Made by a program: the position numbers and the translations under genes. A stretch of DNA of 64,000 nt from contig JANPIS010000413.1 in assembly GCA_031425095.1 (NCBI GenBank), positions 1,850-65,849 of the forward strand, given 5' to 3'. Positions 26,117-34,512 of the stretch are shown here, one piece after another. Within the stretch, counting starts at the first letter, position 1; every line of letters starts with the position of its first letter. The notes beneath the pieces are model-generated. The model saw nothing but the letters and a program-made list of their open reading frames with translations. It had not been told where the DNA came from and searched no databases. The DNA comes from Chthoniobacteraceae bacterium (GTDB lineage Bacteria; Verrucomicrobiota; Verrucomicrobiia; Chthoniobacterales; Chthoniobacteraceae).

Positions 26117-27226
26117 ATGAGCACCACTTCCGGAAAGCATGAAGCCTCGGTAAAAGCAGCCGATTTACTTTCGTCGGGCGGGATGATTGTCCGGGAAAAG
26201 GAGCCTTTGAACTTGGAGATGCCATTTGGGTCGCTCAGCTCCTTTGTCACGCCGGTCGAGCGATTCTATGTGCGCTGTCACTTTCCCATCCCCGACATCG
26301 ACGTGAAGTCGTGGCGGCTGAGTGTCGAAGGCGAGGTGGAGCATCCGTTGGAACTGAGTTACGAGGACCTGCGCGGGATGGAGACGCGCACGATCACCAC
26401 CGTGATGGAATGCGCAGGCAATGGCCGGGCGTTTCTCGAGCCGCAGCGCGACGGGGCGCAGTGGGAAGGCGGCGCGGTCGGCAACGCGGAATGGACCGGT
26501 GTGCCGCTCGCCCTGGTGCTTGCGAAGGCCGGAGTGCGAAAGGCCGCGCGCGAGCTGATTCTCGAAGGCGCCGATCAGGGCGAGATCAAGGAACCGCCGC
26601 GCCCTGCGGGAAAAATTCACTACTCGCGCAGCCTGCCGCTGGCCAAGGCCAACGACGATGTGCTCCTCGCCTTTCAACTCAACGGCGAAGACCTCCCCGC
26701 GGCGCATGGCTTCCCACTGCGCGCCGTAGTGCCCGGATGGTATGGCATGGCCGCGGTGAAGTGGCTCACGAAGATCCTCGCGACCGCGCAGCCCTACAGC
26801 GGGTATTTCCAGTCGATCGATTACGCGTATTGGGAGCGCGGTTCGAGCGCGCCGACGCTCGTGCCGATCACCGCGGGGCGCGTGAAATCCCAGATTGCGC
26901 GCCCCGAATTCGCCGAGGCCGTGCGCGCGGGTCAGAGCTATCGCGTGCATGGCGCGGCGTGGACGAGCGGGGCCGAGATCGCGCGGGTCGAAGTGAGCAC
27001 CGACGCGGGGAAAACATGGAACGACGCGCGTCTCCTTGGAAAATCCATCCGCAACGCGTGGCGACTGTGGGAATACGATTGGCCCGTCCCGACGCAGCCC
27101 GGAAAAGCCACGCTCATGGCCCGGGCCACGGATTCCGAGAGGCGCACCCAACCCGCCGAACACCACGACGATCGCGGCAGCTACCTCATCCACCACTGGC
27201 TTCCCATCGAGGTCATCATCCGCTGA
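26117..27226 (+). CDS. sulfite-oxidase-family molybdopterin oxidoreductase
   Basis: Mo-binding domain (FYVRCHFPIP...TVMECAGNGR with the conserved Cys) plus a dimerisation domain (VHGAAWTSGAEIARVEVSTDAGKTW). Confidence 0.85.
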   Translation: MSTTSGKHEASVKAADLLSSGGMIVREKEPLNLEMPFGSLSSFVTPVERFYVRCHFPIPDIDVKSWRLSVEGEVEHPLELSYEDLRGMETRTITTVMECAGNGRAFLEPQRDGAQWEGGAVGNAEWTGVPLALVLAKAGVRKAARELILEGADQGEIKEPPRPAGKIHYSRSLPLAKANDDVLLAFQLNGEDLPAAHGFPLRAVVPGWYGMAAVKWLTKILATAQPYSGYFQSIDYAYWERGSSAPTLVPITAGRVKSQIARPEFAEAVRAGQSYRVHGAAWTSGAEIARVEVSTDAGKTWNDARLLGKSIRNAWRLWEYDWPVPTQPGKATLMARATDSERRTQPAEHHDDRGSYLIHHWLPIEVIIR

Positions 27227-27246
27227 ATACGCGCGACCCACCCCTT

Positions 27247-27702
27247 ATGAAAACCATGCTCCAAACTCTCGCGCTCGCCGCGCTCACCCTGCTCCCGCTC
27301 ACTGTCGTGACTGCTGAATCCGAAAAGCCATCCCCCGAAAAAGCTCACAAGGTCGTCTTCGAAGTCGCCATGGACGGCGCTGACAAATGGCAGGGCGCGC
27401 TGCGCAACGTCGAGAACGTGCGCATATCGCTCGGCGCAAAAACCAAGGTGGAAGTCGTCACCCACGGCAAAGGCGTCGGGATGCTGCTCGCGAAGACTTC
27501 CGCCGAGAACGCCGAGATGAAAGCCAAACTCGAACAACTTCACGCCGCTGGCGTCGTCTTCGCCGCGTGTGAGAACACAATGAAGCGCGAGAAAATCGAA
27601 AAGAAGGATCTCGTCGAGCTATCCACGACCGTCGATTCCGGCGTCAGCGAAGTGGTCCGCAAACAAGAGGCCGGCTACGCCTACATCAAGAGCGGCGGCT
27701 AG
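27247..27702 (+). CDS. DsrE/DsrF-like family protein with signal peptide
   Basis: HKVVFEV...VEVVTHGKGVGMLL...VVFAACENTMK...SGVSEVVRKQEAGYAYIK (COG1416-like). Confidence 0.75.
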   Translation: MKTMLQTLALAALTLLPLTVVTAESEKPSPEKAHKVVFEVAMDGADKWQGALRNVENVRISLGAKTKVEVVTHGKGVGMLLAKTSAENAEMKAKLEQLHAAGVVFAACENTMKREKIEKKDLVELSTTVDSGVSEVVRKQEAGYAYIKSGG

Positions 27703-27720
27703 AAGACTAACGACGCGCTC

Positions 27721-28146
27721 ATGAGCGATCGCAAATCCATCACCCTTCTTCAGATCAACGACACGCACGGTTATCTGGAGCCGCACCCGGAGCTTTTTTG
27801 GGAAGGCGGCCATGCGGAATACCGCACGTCGGGTGGTTATACGCGGTTGCTCTCCGTCTTCAAGCAGGTACGCGAGGAACGGAACGGTGCGGTGATCGCG
27901 CTCGATAACGGCGACACGCTGATGAAGTTCATCACGATCTGCGACTACACCGGCATCATCGAATGCGAAATCTTCGCCCAAACCTACCGCCGCTTCGGCC
28001 TCGAAACCGTCCGCCACCCCGTCGTCGAACTGGAAGCCCGTGTGACGCCGTTCGACAGCGGCGAGGGCTGCACGCTCGATGTCGTGCGCATCGGTCCGCC
28101 GCGCATGGGACTTGACCATAATCCAAAGCTTTGCGCGGCAACTTAG
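27721..28146 (+). pseudogene. chimeric ORF: 67-aa N-terminal fragment of a metallophosphoesterase (5'-nucleotidase/SoxB family) fused to a C-terminal OB-fold fragment of a DnaE-type Pol III alpha subunit
   Basis: aa 1-67, ITLLQINDTHGYLEPH...IALDNGDTL, are metallophosphatase motifs I and II. From aa 68, MKFITICDYTGIIECEIFAQTYRRFG...VVELEARV...LDVVRI matches the DnaE/DnaE2 C-terminal OB region. Junction at about 27920. Confidence 0.6.
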
Positions 28147-28175
28147 CCTCCATACTGATTCTCATATAACAGAGA

Positions 28176-31100
28176 CTACCCGACTTTTACTGTGCCGGCT
28201 TTTGCACGCTTCAGGCGGACGGTTTGCTGCGGAGCTTCGTCGAGTGACTCGCTGGCCTGCTCCGCGCCCTCGTCGAGTTTGGCAGATGCCTGGTTCTTGG
28301 TAATGTCGAGAGCTTCCACGATCTCCTGCTGTCGGTTCGCGGCCGCCGTCAGCTTTTCCTCATGCTCGAAGGGGTGGACGAGTTGCCTGGTGAGGTCTTG
28401 GGTTTGTTTGTCACACTGTTTGAGATCGGCTTCGCGCTGGCGGAGACGGTCCTCCATACTTTCCAAGGCGTGTTCGATGGAGGCGATGGTGCCAACGGGA
28501 CTGTCGCTTACGTTTGCTTTGTATTCGTGCTTCCCTTGGATGAGGAGATTTGCCCGTTCATCGAAGCGATGCAACGAAATGGGGAAGCCGCCGATCTCGC
28601 CGATGGCGTTGGTGGATTGGAAGGGCTTCAGCGCGGCGGCGAGGAAGACGAGGGCCCGTCCGGCTTTCACGCGGTCGGTGAAAATCTCCTTTTGCACCGT
28701 CATGGTGAATTGGTCGCCGCGTGTATTGGTCCGGGTGCGCAGGTCTTCGCGAATGCTGGCGATGTCGCGCTCGGAACTTTGAATGCTGTCGCCCAAAGTT
28801 TTTAGCCGGTAGCGCATTTGGTAGAGGCTTTCGGTGTGTTGCTTCTTCAAACGGGTGAGACGCATGACTTCGGCATCGACATGCGCCTTCTCGATGACGA
28901 GCGGATTGCCGGACGCGATGGCCTTGACCTCGGCATAGGTGAGCGCGGCGGCGTCCACGTCCTCGGCGCGGCGCACGGTTGCGTCGCCGTTCATCACTTG
29001 CGCAATGAAGCGGCACTTCGTCTCCAAGGTCTGCCACATGTAGGCGTCGAAACTGCCTTCGGTCACGTAGCGGAAGACCTTCACGTATTCGTTTTCATTT
29101 CCCTGGCGGAGAATGCGGCCGTCCCGCTGCTCGATGTCGGCGGGCCGCCACGGCGCATCGAGATGGTGCAGTGCGACAAGCCGTTTCTGCACGTTAGTGC
29201 CTTCGCCCATCTTGGGGGTGCTGCCGAGGAGCACGCGTACTTTTCCTTCGCGCACGTTCTTGAAGAGAGAGGCCTTGGCGGCGTCATCGTCGAAATCCTG
29301 AATGAAGGCGATGTCATCGCTGGGAATCCCGCGGGCGAGCAGCTTTTCCCGCACGTCGTCATACACGGAGAAGCACCGGCCTCCGCCCTGGGGCGTGGAC
29401 ATGTCGCAGAAGACGAGCTGCGCGCCTGTCGTCTCCGCCGAGTCGAGCCAGACTTGATAAATCTTCTCCACCGCCTGATTGGTCTTTGAATCCGGGTTGT
29501 CGCGGACGTGTGGGAGGACGAGGCGGAGATCGAGTGCGGCCTTCCGGCCTTCGGTGGTGATCTTGAGCATGTTGTCGTCGCGCGGATCGACTTTGCCGCT
29601 CTTAATCTTCTCGGTGCGCTTCACGAGTTGATCGACGAAGCGCTTCAACTCCGGGCTGCACGGTGCGTTCACGGTGATGGGTCCGCCTTGCTCCATCTTC
29701 GGCACTGGCAGCTTGAGCATCTCCGCCGTCTGCACATCGGCGACCTGGCGGAACTGCTGCATCAGTTCCGGCACATTGACGAACCGCGCGAAGCGGCTTT
29801 GCAGCCGGTAGCCGCTCCCATCCGGGCTGAGTTCCATCGCCGTCACGGTCTCGCCAAAGGTGCCCGCCCACGAATCGAAATGTTGGAGCTGGTTCCGTCT
29901 CAGCGTGCTCATCTGTAAGTAACGCTGCATCGTGAACATTTCCGCCATCGTGTTGGAGATCGGCGTGCCAGTGGCGAAGACCACGCCGCCGCCTCGGTTC
30001 TTCTCCTGAATGTGCTGGACCTTGAGAAATAGGTCGAACGCGCGTTCGGAAGCAGTCTGTGGCAGGCCCGCCACGCGCGTCATCTTCGTGAGGTAGAAGA
30101 GGTTCTTGAACTTGTGCGCCTCGTCGATGAAGAGCCGGTCGATTCCGAGTTCCTCAAACGTCAGCGTGTTGTCCTTCTTCTCGTCCGCGGCAAGCGATTC
30201 GAGTTTGGTCTTGAGCCGTTTCTTCACTCGCTCCAGTTCTTTCACGATTCGCGAGCCTCGCTCGCCCCTCTTTTCGCGGATGGCCCGCTCGATCTCGTAG
30301 ATCTGTTCGTCGATGAAGGCGCGCCGTGTCTCCACCGAGACGGGAATCTTCTCGAAGCTGGAGTGCGTGACGATGACGCCATCCCAATTCCCCGTGGCGA
30401 TGCGGCTGAACAGGCGCGCCCGCTTCGACGCCTCGAAGTCATCTTTACCGGCTACCAGAATGTTTGCGGCGGGATACAGCGTGAGCAGTTCGGTTGAGAA
30501 CTGTGCCAGCATGTGGTTCGGGACGACGAACATCGGTTTCCTCGCCAGTCCGAGCCGCTTTAACTCAATCCCTGCCGCGACCATGGTGTAAGTCTTGCCC
30601 GCACCAACGGCGTGCGCGAGGAGTGTGTTGTCAGTCTGCACGATGCGCCAAATCGCGTTTTTCTGATGCGGTCGGAGCGTAATCTCCGGGTTGCTCGTCG
30701 GAAGGGTGAGATGACTCCCGTAGAAGACGCGGAGCCGCACGCTGTTGAACTCGTCATTGTATTTGCGGCAAAGCCGTTCGCGCCGCGCATCGTCCTCCCA
30801 AATCCACGACTTAAAGCGCTCCTTGATCTTCTCCATCTTGTCCCGCGCCGCCTCGGTCTGCTGGGGATTGATGATCGGCGCGTCGGTTTTCGCGTCGGTG
30901 TCATAGACCGTGGGCGTTTTGAGATCAAGCGCGTCCTGGATCAGTTCTATGGCGGAATAGCGGGCCGTGCCCCACTCGGCGGTGTTCGCGACGGTGGCCC
31001 GCGCTCCGTAGTCGCCGCGGATGAACCAAGTCCCCACCGCCGCCGCGTGTGAAACAGTCACGCCCTCCGTGCCAAGCAACGCTTGGGAAAAAGCCTCCAC

Positions 31101-32360
31101 ATCTGCCGGTGGAATCCACACCGCGCCAAGCCGCGAGTCGATCTCCGAAGGCGTCAAGTCCGCGGGCTGCACCGCCTCCAATGCCGTGACATTCTCGTGA
31201 TAAGCCGCATCGGTAGCCGCGGCAGCCCGCGCATCTCGCAGCTTTGTCCGCACGTCGTCGGAGAGATATTGATCGTAAGTCTCCCACTGCTCATTCTGCG
31301 GATTGCGGTAAAGGAGACCTTTCAACTCCGGCAGGAATTTCTCCGCCGGTTGGCCCAGCAGTGCTTCCATGCGGTTGAGGTCCACCCTCCCGAGTTCATT
31401 GAGGACGAGGATGAGAGCATCTTTAGCCGTTTCCGCTGCCTGCGGAGCCTCGGGTTGCTGGATGGTGCGCTCGCGGAAGATCGCGGTCTTCTCCGCGCGC
31501 TTCGTCTCTTCGTTGTAGTCTTCCAGCGAGCAGAGCAGTGGATACTCGGGATCACCGCGAAAGGCGCGGCGGTTGGCGCGATCGTTGATCGCTCCGAAAC
31601 GCGCGACAAAGTGGTCGTAGTGAAGGTTGAGTAGCCGCCGCCCACGGACAATCGCATCGTAGTCGGGTTCCTGAAGTTGGCTGCGAATCACTTCGCGCAC
31701 GGCATCGCGCACCTTGATGAGACCACGGATGCGCCGTGCCGTTTCGTCCGGCAGGTTCGTCACCGGCGTGAGCGTCGGGCCGGTGCGAATCGCGATGACG
31801 CCATCATGAAGTGTGAAGGCATTTTCCTTCACGTAGTTCGGGGCAAGAATCTCCACCGGCGCGACCGCACGCAAGTTGGTCGCCTCTTCGGGCATTTGGT
31901 AAATCCCCTGCGGTAGCGCCGCGACCGCAACGCGCAGGGCATCGGCCAGCTCGCGACCGTCGGGAATCAGCGCCGCCTCGTTCCCGCGATACATCTTCCC
32001 CTCCTCGGTGATCGTCCCGAGCATCATGTACGGATTCGCGGCGAAGTATTCGTTGATCTTGAAGGCCACTCCTTCTGCGTTGACGTGCTCCGCGAGGTTC
32101 AACCAGGCGGGGACGGACGGCCTTTGCCCGGTCGCAAGCTTGCGAAGGAATACTATGTCCGCCGTCACCTTGGTATTGGCATTCTGCATGAAAGCGGTAT
32201 TCGGCAAACGGATGGCACCGACAAAGGCAGCGCGTTCGTGGAGGTAGTCACGAAGACTGGAGTTGACCTTATCGAGTGTGCCCTTGGACGTGATGAAGAC
32301 CATCAAGCCCCCCGGTTTCACTTTCTCCATCCCTTTGGCGAAGAAGTAATCGTGAACCAA
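28176..32360 (-). CDS. C-terminal 1,394 aa of a giant N6-adenine methyltransferase/SNF2-DEAH helicase fusion (separated from its N-terminal part by a frameshift)
   Basis: Post-motif-IV methyltransferase region (HDYFFAKGMEKVKPGGLMVFITSKGTLD). Helicase motif I AHAVGAGKTYTM, motif II LFIDEAHKFKN, motif VI QRDGRILRQGN. Long coiled-coil C-terminus. Confidence 0.85.
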   Translation of the reverse strand: MVHDYFFAKGMEKVKPGGLMVFITSKGTLDKVNSSLRDYLHERAAFVGAIRLPNTAFMQNANTKVTADIVFLRKLATGQRPSVPAWLNLAEHVNAEGVAFKINEYFAANPYMMLGTITEEGKMYRGNEAALIPDGRELADALRVAVAALPQGIYQMPEEATNLRAVAPVEILAPNYVKENAFTLHDGVIAIRTGPTLTPVTNLPDETARRIRGLIKVRDAVREVIRSQLQEPDYDAIVRGRRLLNLHYDHFVARFGAINDRANRRAFRGDPEYPLLCSLEDYNEETKRAEKTAIFRERTIQQPEAPQAAETAKDALILVLNELGRVDLNRMEALLGQPAEKFLPELKGLLYRNPQNEQWETYDQYLSDDVRTKLRDARAAAATDAAYHENVTALEAVQPADLTPSEIDSRLGAVWIPPADVEAFSQALLGTEGVTVSHAAAVGTWFIRGDYGARATVANTAEWGTARYSAIELIQDALDLKTPTVYDTDAKTDAPIINPQQTEAARDKMEKIKERFKSWIWEDDARRERLCRKYNDEFNSVRLRVFYGSHLTLPTSNPEITLRPHQKNAIWRIVQTDNTLLAHAVGAGKTYTMVAAGIELKRLGLARKPMFVVPNHMLAQFSTELLTLYPAANILVAGKDDFEASKRARLFSRIATGNWDGVIVTHSSFEKIPVSVETRRAFIDEQIYEIERAIREKRGERGSRIVKELERVKKRLKTKLESLAADEKKDNTLTFEELGIDRLFIDEAHKFKNLFYLTKMTRVAGLPQTASERAFDLFLKVQHIQEKNRGGGVVFATGTPISNTMAEMFTMQRYLQMSTLRRNQLQHFDSWAGTFGETVTAMELSPDGSGYRLQSRFARFVNVPELMQQFRQVADVQTAEMLKLPVPKMEQGGPITVNAPCSPELKRFVDQLVKRTEKIKSGKVDPRDDNMLKITTEGRKAALDLRLVLPHVRDNPDSKTNQAVEKIYQVWLDSAETTGAQLVFCDMSTPQGGGRCFSVYDDVREKLLARGIPSDDIAFIQDFDDDAAKASLFKNVREGKVRVLLGSTPKMGEGTNVQKRLVALHHLDAPWRPADIEQRDGRILRQGNENEYVKVFRYVTEGSFDAYMWQTLETKCRFIAQVMNGDATVRRAEDVDAAALTYAEVKAIASGNPLVIEKAHVDAEVMRLTRLKKQHTESLYQMRYRLKTLGDSIQSSERDIASIREDLRTRTNTRGDQFTMTVQKEIFTDRVKAGRALVFLAAALKPFQSTNAIGEIGGFPISLHRFDERANLLIQGKHEYKANVSDSPVGTIASIEHALESMEDRLRQREADLKQCDKQTQDLTRQLVHPFEHEEKLTAAANRQQEIVEALDITKNQASAKLDEGAEQASESLDEAPQQTVRLKRAKAGTVKVG

Positions 32361-33325
32361 AAATTCCGCTCATCGAATTGCGGATCGACGACTTTGTAAT
32401 CGCCGAAGGGGACGTTCGAGATGGCAAGATCGAAGGCATTATCGACCAGCGCCGCGTTCTCAAATCCCTGCGCGCGCATGTCGGCATCGGGATACAGCTT
32501 GCGCGCGATGTTCGCCGTGAGCGGATCGAGTTCGATCCCTGTAAGCCGAGAGCGTGCGCTCATTTCCGGCGGCATCAGCCCGAAGAAATGGCCGATGCCC
32601 GTTGCCGGCTCCAACACGCGGCCATGCTTGAAGCCGAGTCGCTGCACCGCGTCGTAGATCGCGCTGACGACGACCGGCGCGGTGTAGTGGGCATTGAGCG
32701 TCGAGGCGCGTGCAGCCTCGTATTCCTCTGGCGTCAGCAGCGCCTTGAGCCGCTCGCGCTCTGGCTGCCATTCGGGAGCCTCGTGCCAGGCAAAGACCTG
32801 CGGAATGCCGCCCCATCCGACGTATTTCACCAACACCCGCTTCTCCGCGTCGGTCGCCTCTCGCCCTTCCCCGTCGAGCCTTTGGACCAACTCAATGGCC
32901 GCAAAGTTGTCGCGGCACTTCTGCTTGAGCGAACCTTCGCCGACTCGATCTTCCGCTCGGATGCGGTAGTTCCCAGCGTTTAGACGCTCTGGCTGTCTTC
33001 CGCTGGAAGGAGAATATATTTCTCGCGGATCAACTCCCACGCCGCCGTCTCCGCCTGCTGCGGCGTCAGGTGCATTTCCGTCTCCAGTTTGCGCGTCAGC
33101 GTTTCCATTTCGTCGAGCGTCGTCTCCTGCGCCTCGAAGAGCGCTGCCATCAACGTCCCCGTCGCTTCCATCTCGCGCACCATTGCGGGGAGGAACTCCC
33201 GCCAGTGATTCTCGGCCATCAGTCCGTACTGCATCAGCTGGATTGGTGGTGTGCCCATGATTGGAGGCGAAGTCAAAGAGGTTGAGTTGGTCCTTGGGAG
33301 AGACCTTACCCTTGCGCTTGAGCAT
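32318..33325 (-). CDS. N-terminal methyltransferase part of the same giant protein (start uncertain)
   Basis: GSLKQKCRDNFAAIELVQRL..., motif I VLEPATGIGHFFG, motif IV NVPFGDY. Ends 14 codons after the frame break at the A5 run 32359-32363. The region 32990-33325 is a Gly/Asp/Ala-rich frame overlapping the TnpV-like gene, so the true start may be GTG 33040 or lost. Confidence 0.7.
   Translation of the reverse strand: MLKRKGKVSPKDQLNLFDFASNHGHTTNPADAVRTDGRESLAGVPPRNGARDGSDGDVDGSALRGAGDDARRNGNADAQTGDGNAPDAAAGGDGGVGVDPREIYSPSSGRQPERLNAGNYRIRAEDRVGEGSLKQKCRDNFAAIELVQRLDGEGREATDAEKRVLVKYVGWGGIPQVFAWHEAPEWQPERERLKALLTPEEYEAARASTLNAHYTAPVVVSAIYDAVQRLGFKHGRVLEPATGIGHFFGLMPPEMSARSRLTGIELDPLTANIARKLYPDADMRAQGFENAALVDNAFDLAISNVPFGDYKVVDPQFDERNFWFTITSSPKGWRK
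32980..33258 (-). CDS. TnpV-like small protein
   Basis: Internal Met of ORF 32980-33654: ...QYGLMAENHWREFLPAMVREMEATGTLMAALFEAQETTLDEMETLTRKL...AAWELIREKYILLP. The pattern resembles transposon/ICE-borne TnpV-type proteins. Confidence 0.55.
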   Translation of the reverse strand: MGTPPIQLMQYGLMAENHWREFLPAMVREMEATGTLMAALFEAQETTLDEMETLTRKLETEMHLTPQQAETAAWELIREKYILLPAEDSQSV

Positions 33326-33331
33326 GCGGCG

Positions 33332-33577
33332 TCAAGGCGTTGCTGGGTTGAGGGCCAGTTTCGGCACGACCCGACAGGTCGTGTCTCGGGCTTCGTCAGC
33401 GAAACGGCACGCAATTGCCGCGATATGCACGGAATCCCGGCTGTAGGTTGGATGATCGTCGAAGTATTGACGCACCCGGTCTTCGATTCCTGGTTGGGCC
33501 AGAGCGCGCACTCCCGCCCGTAAGGCCGCCATGAATACTGCGCAGTCGTTATGTCGGTGAGTGTCGTTGCGAAACAT
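33332..33577 (-). CDS. hypothetical protein (possibly a gene remnant)
   Basis: ORF-track entry. Non-repetitive sequence (…AALRAGVRALAQPGIEDRVRQYFDDHPTYSRDSVHIAAIACRFADEARD…). No family assigned. Confidence 0.3.
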   Translation of the reverse strand: MFRNDTHRHNDCAVFMAALRAGVRALAQPGIEDRVRQYFDDHPTYSRDSVHIAAIACRFADEARDTTCRVVPKLALNPATP

Positions 33578-33827
33578 TTACCGACTCTGCGGCAAAGCGA
33601 CCGCGCGGGTGCTCCGTAGTCAGCGCAGGCTGTCGTCCGCCGGCTCGTCGGCACGATCGGTGAAGCGACCGCTCAAAAACTTACCCACGGCATCTCGGGC
33701 GGGACCGCGAATTACGCCGCAAGAGCAACGGAGTCACTACTCCTCGCCTAGGCCTCGCCGATGCCGAAGCCGAGACGCTCCGGCGGGAGTTCAGCGAGTT
33801 GGTGCAACGCCACTCGCGCTGGGGATT

Positions 33828-34313
33828 CTAACGCGCCTGCGTTTTTTTGGAGGGCGAGGGGCGCCTGCTCCGGGCCAGGGGAGGGACCGGGCCGTAAAGA
33901 AGTTCCCCGCCGGCCATCGCTGACCGCAGCAAGAGCGCGCCGCGGCTCATGTCTCCGCGACCCGCGAACTACAGAGGAAAGCGCAGTCGCTCCCCGAAGA
34001 TCGGCAGGAGCGTGTCGAGGTAATTTCCGGTCGCCACACTCCCCAGCAAGACGATCTCCGCGGGCGAGTAAGCGAGGATTCCCGTGGTGAGTTTTAACGG
34101 TTCGGTGAAACGCGGCTCCGCGGAATCCACAGGCACGCCGGCAAGTTCTTCAAGATCGCGCAAGCCCACCAGCGTGTCGGGCGTGACGAGTCCCCGGCTC
34201 GGCGTGATGATGAAGACGCCGGCCAATCCCTCGGGTGGCGCGGCAAAGCGACGGGCGTAGGTGAGCTTGCCGCGGAAATAAAGACCGCTGCAGAAGGCGA
34301 AGACATCCCCCAA
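33828..34313 (-). pseudogene. decayed paralogue of the 36817-37416 gene
   Basis: Clearly homologous at the protein level over the core to 36817-37416 (GDVFAFCSGLYFRGKLTYARRFA.PPEGL.GVFIITPSRGLVTPDT...). It has a premature TAG (33969-33971) where the intact copy has GAG (RFPL-E-FAGRGDMSRG), after which the same frame still reads FAGRGDMSRGALLLRS. The N-terminal part upstream of 34313 is in another frame. Confidence 0.65.
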
Positions 34314-34322
34314 AGCCGCGGC
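33836..34322. repeat. 487-bp direct repeat, copy 1
   Basis: Alignable by eye with 36822-37308, from cctgcgttttttt... to ...gccgcggc. Confidence 0.7.
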
Positions 34323-34512
34323 TCTCCGGCAAAAAGTTCAACGAACTGGTGAATACGCGGCGGCGCTAGCGCCGCAGTGTCTCCGCCGCCGCCCATTACC
34401 GCCCGCAGACGCGAAGACTGCTCAAGGAGAATCGCCTTGCTCCGATATAAGCAATCGGGCACAAAGATGTCCCTTACACTCTGTCCGGCGCTTCCTCGCA
34501 CGTCTCAGAATC

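Noticed and set aside
26165-27702. 358-aa minus-strand ORF and 463-aa plus-strand ORF (26311-27702) overlapping the sulfite-oxidase-like gene
   Set aside because: Arg/Gly-rich alternative frames. Only the last 151 codons of the 463-aa ORF (from ATG 27247) form a real DsrE-like gene.
32355-32366. Programmed ribosomal frameshift in the methylase-helicase gene
   Set aside because: There is no X XXY YYZ slippery heptamer and no obvious downstream stimulatory structure. A 1-nt homopolymer deletion explains it more simply.
32990-33325. ATG 33325 as the true start of the methyltransferase
   Set aside because: Codons 20-110 of that frame are Gly/Asp/Ala low-complexity and overlap a well-formed TnpV-like ORF in another frame. 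It was kept as the track coordinate, with the start flagged as uncertain.
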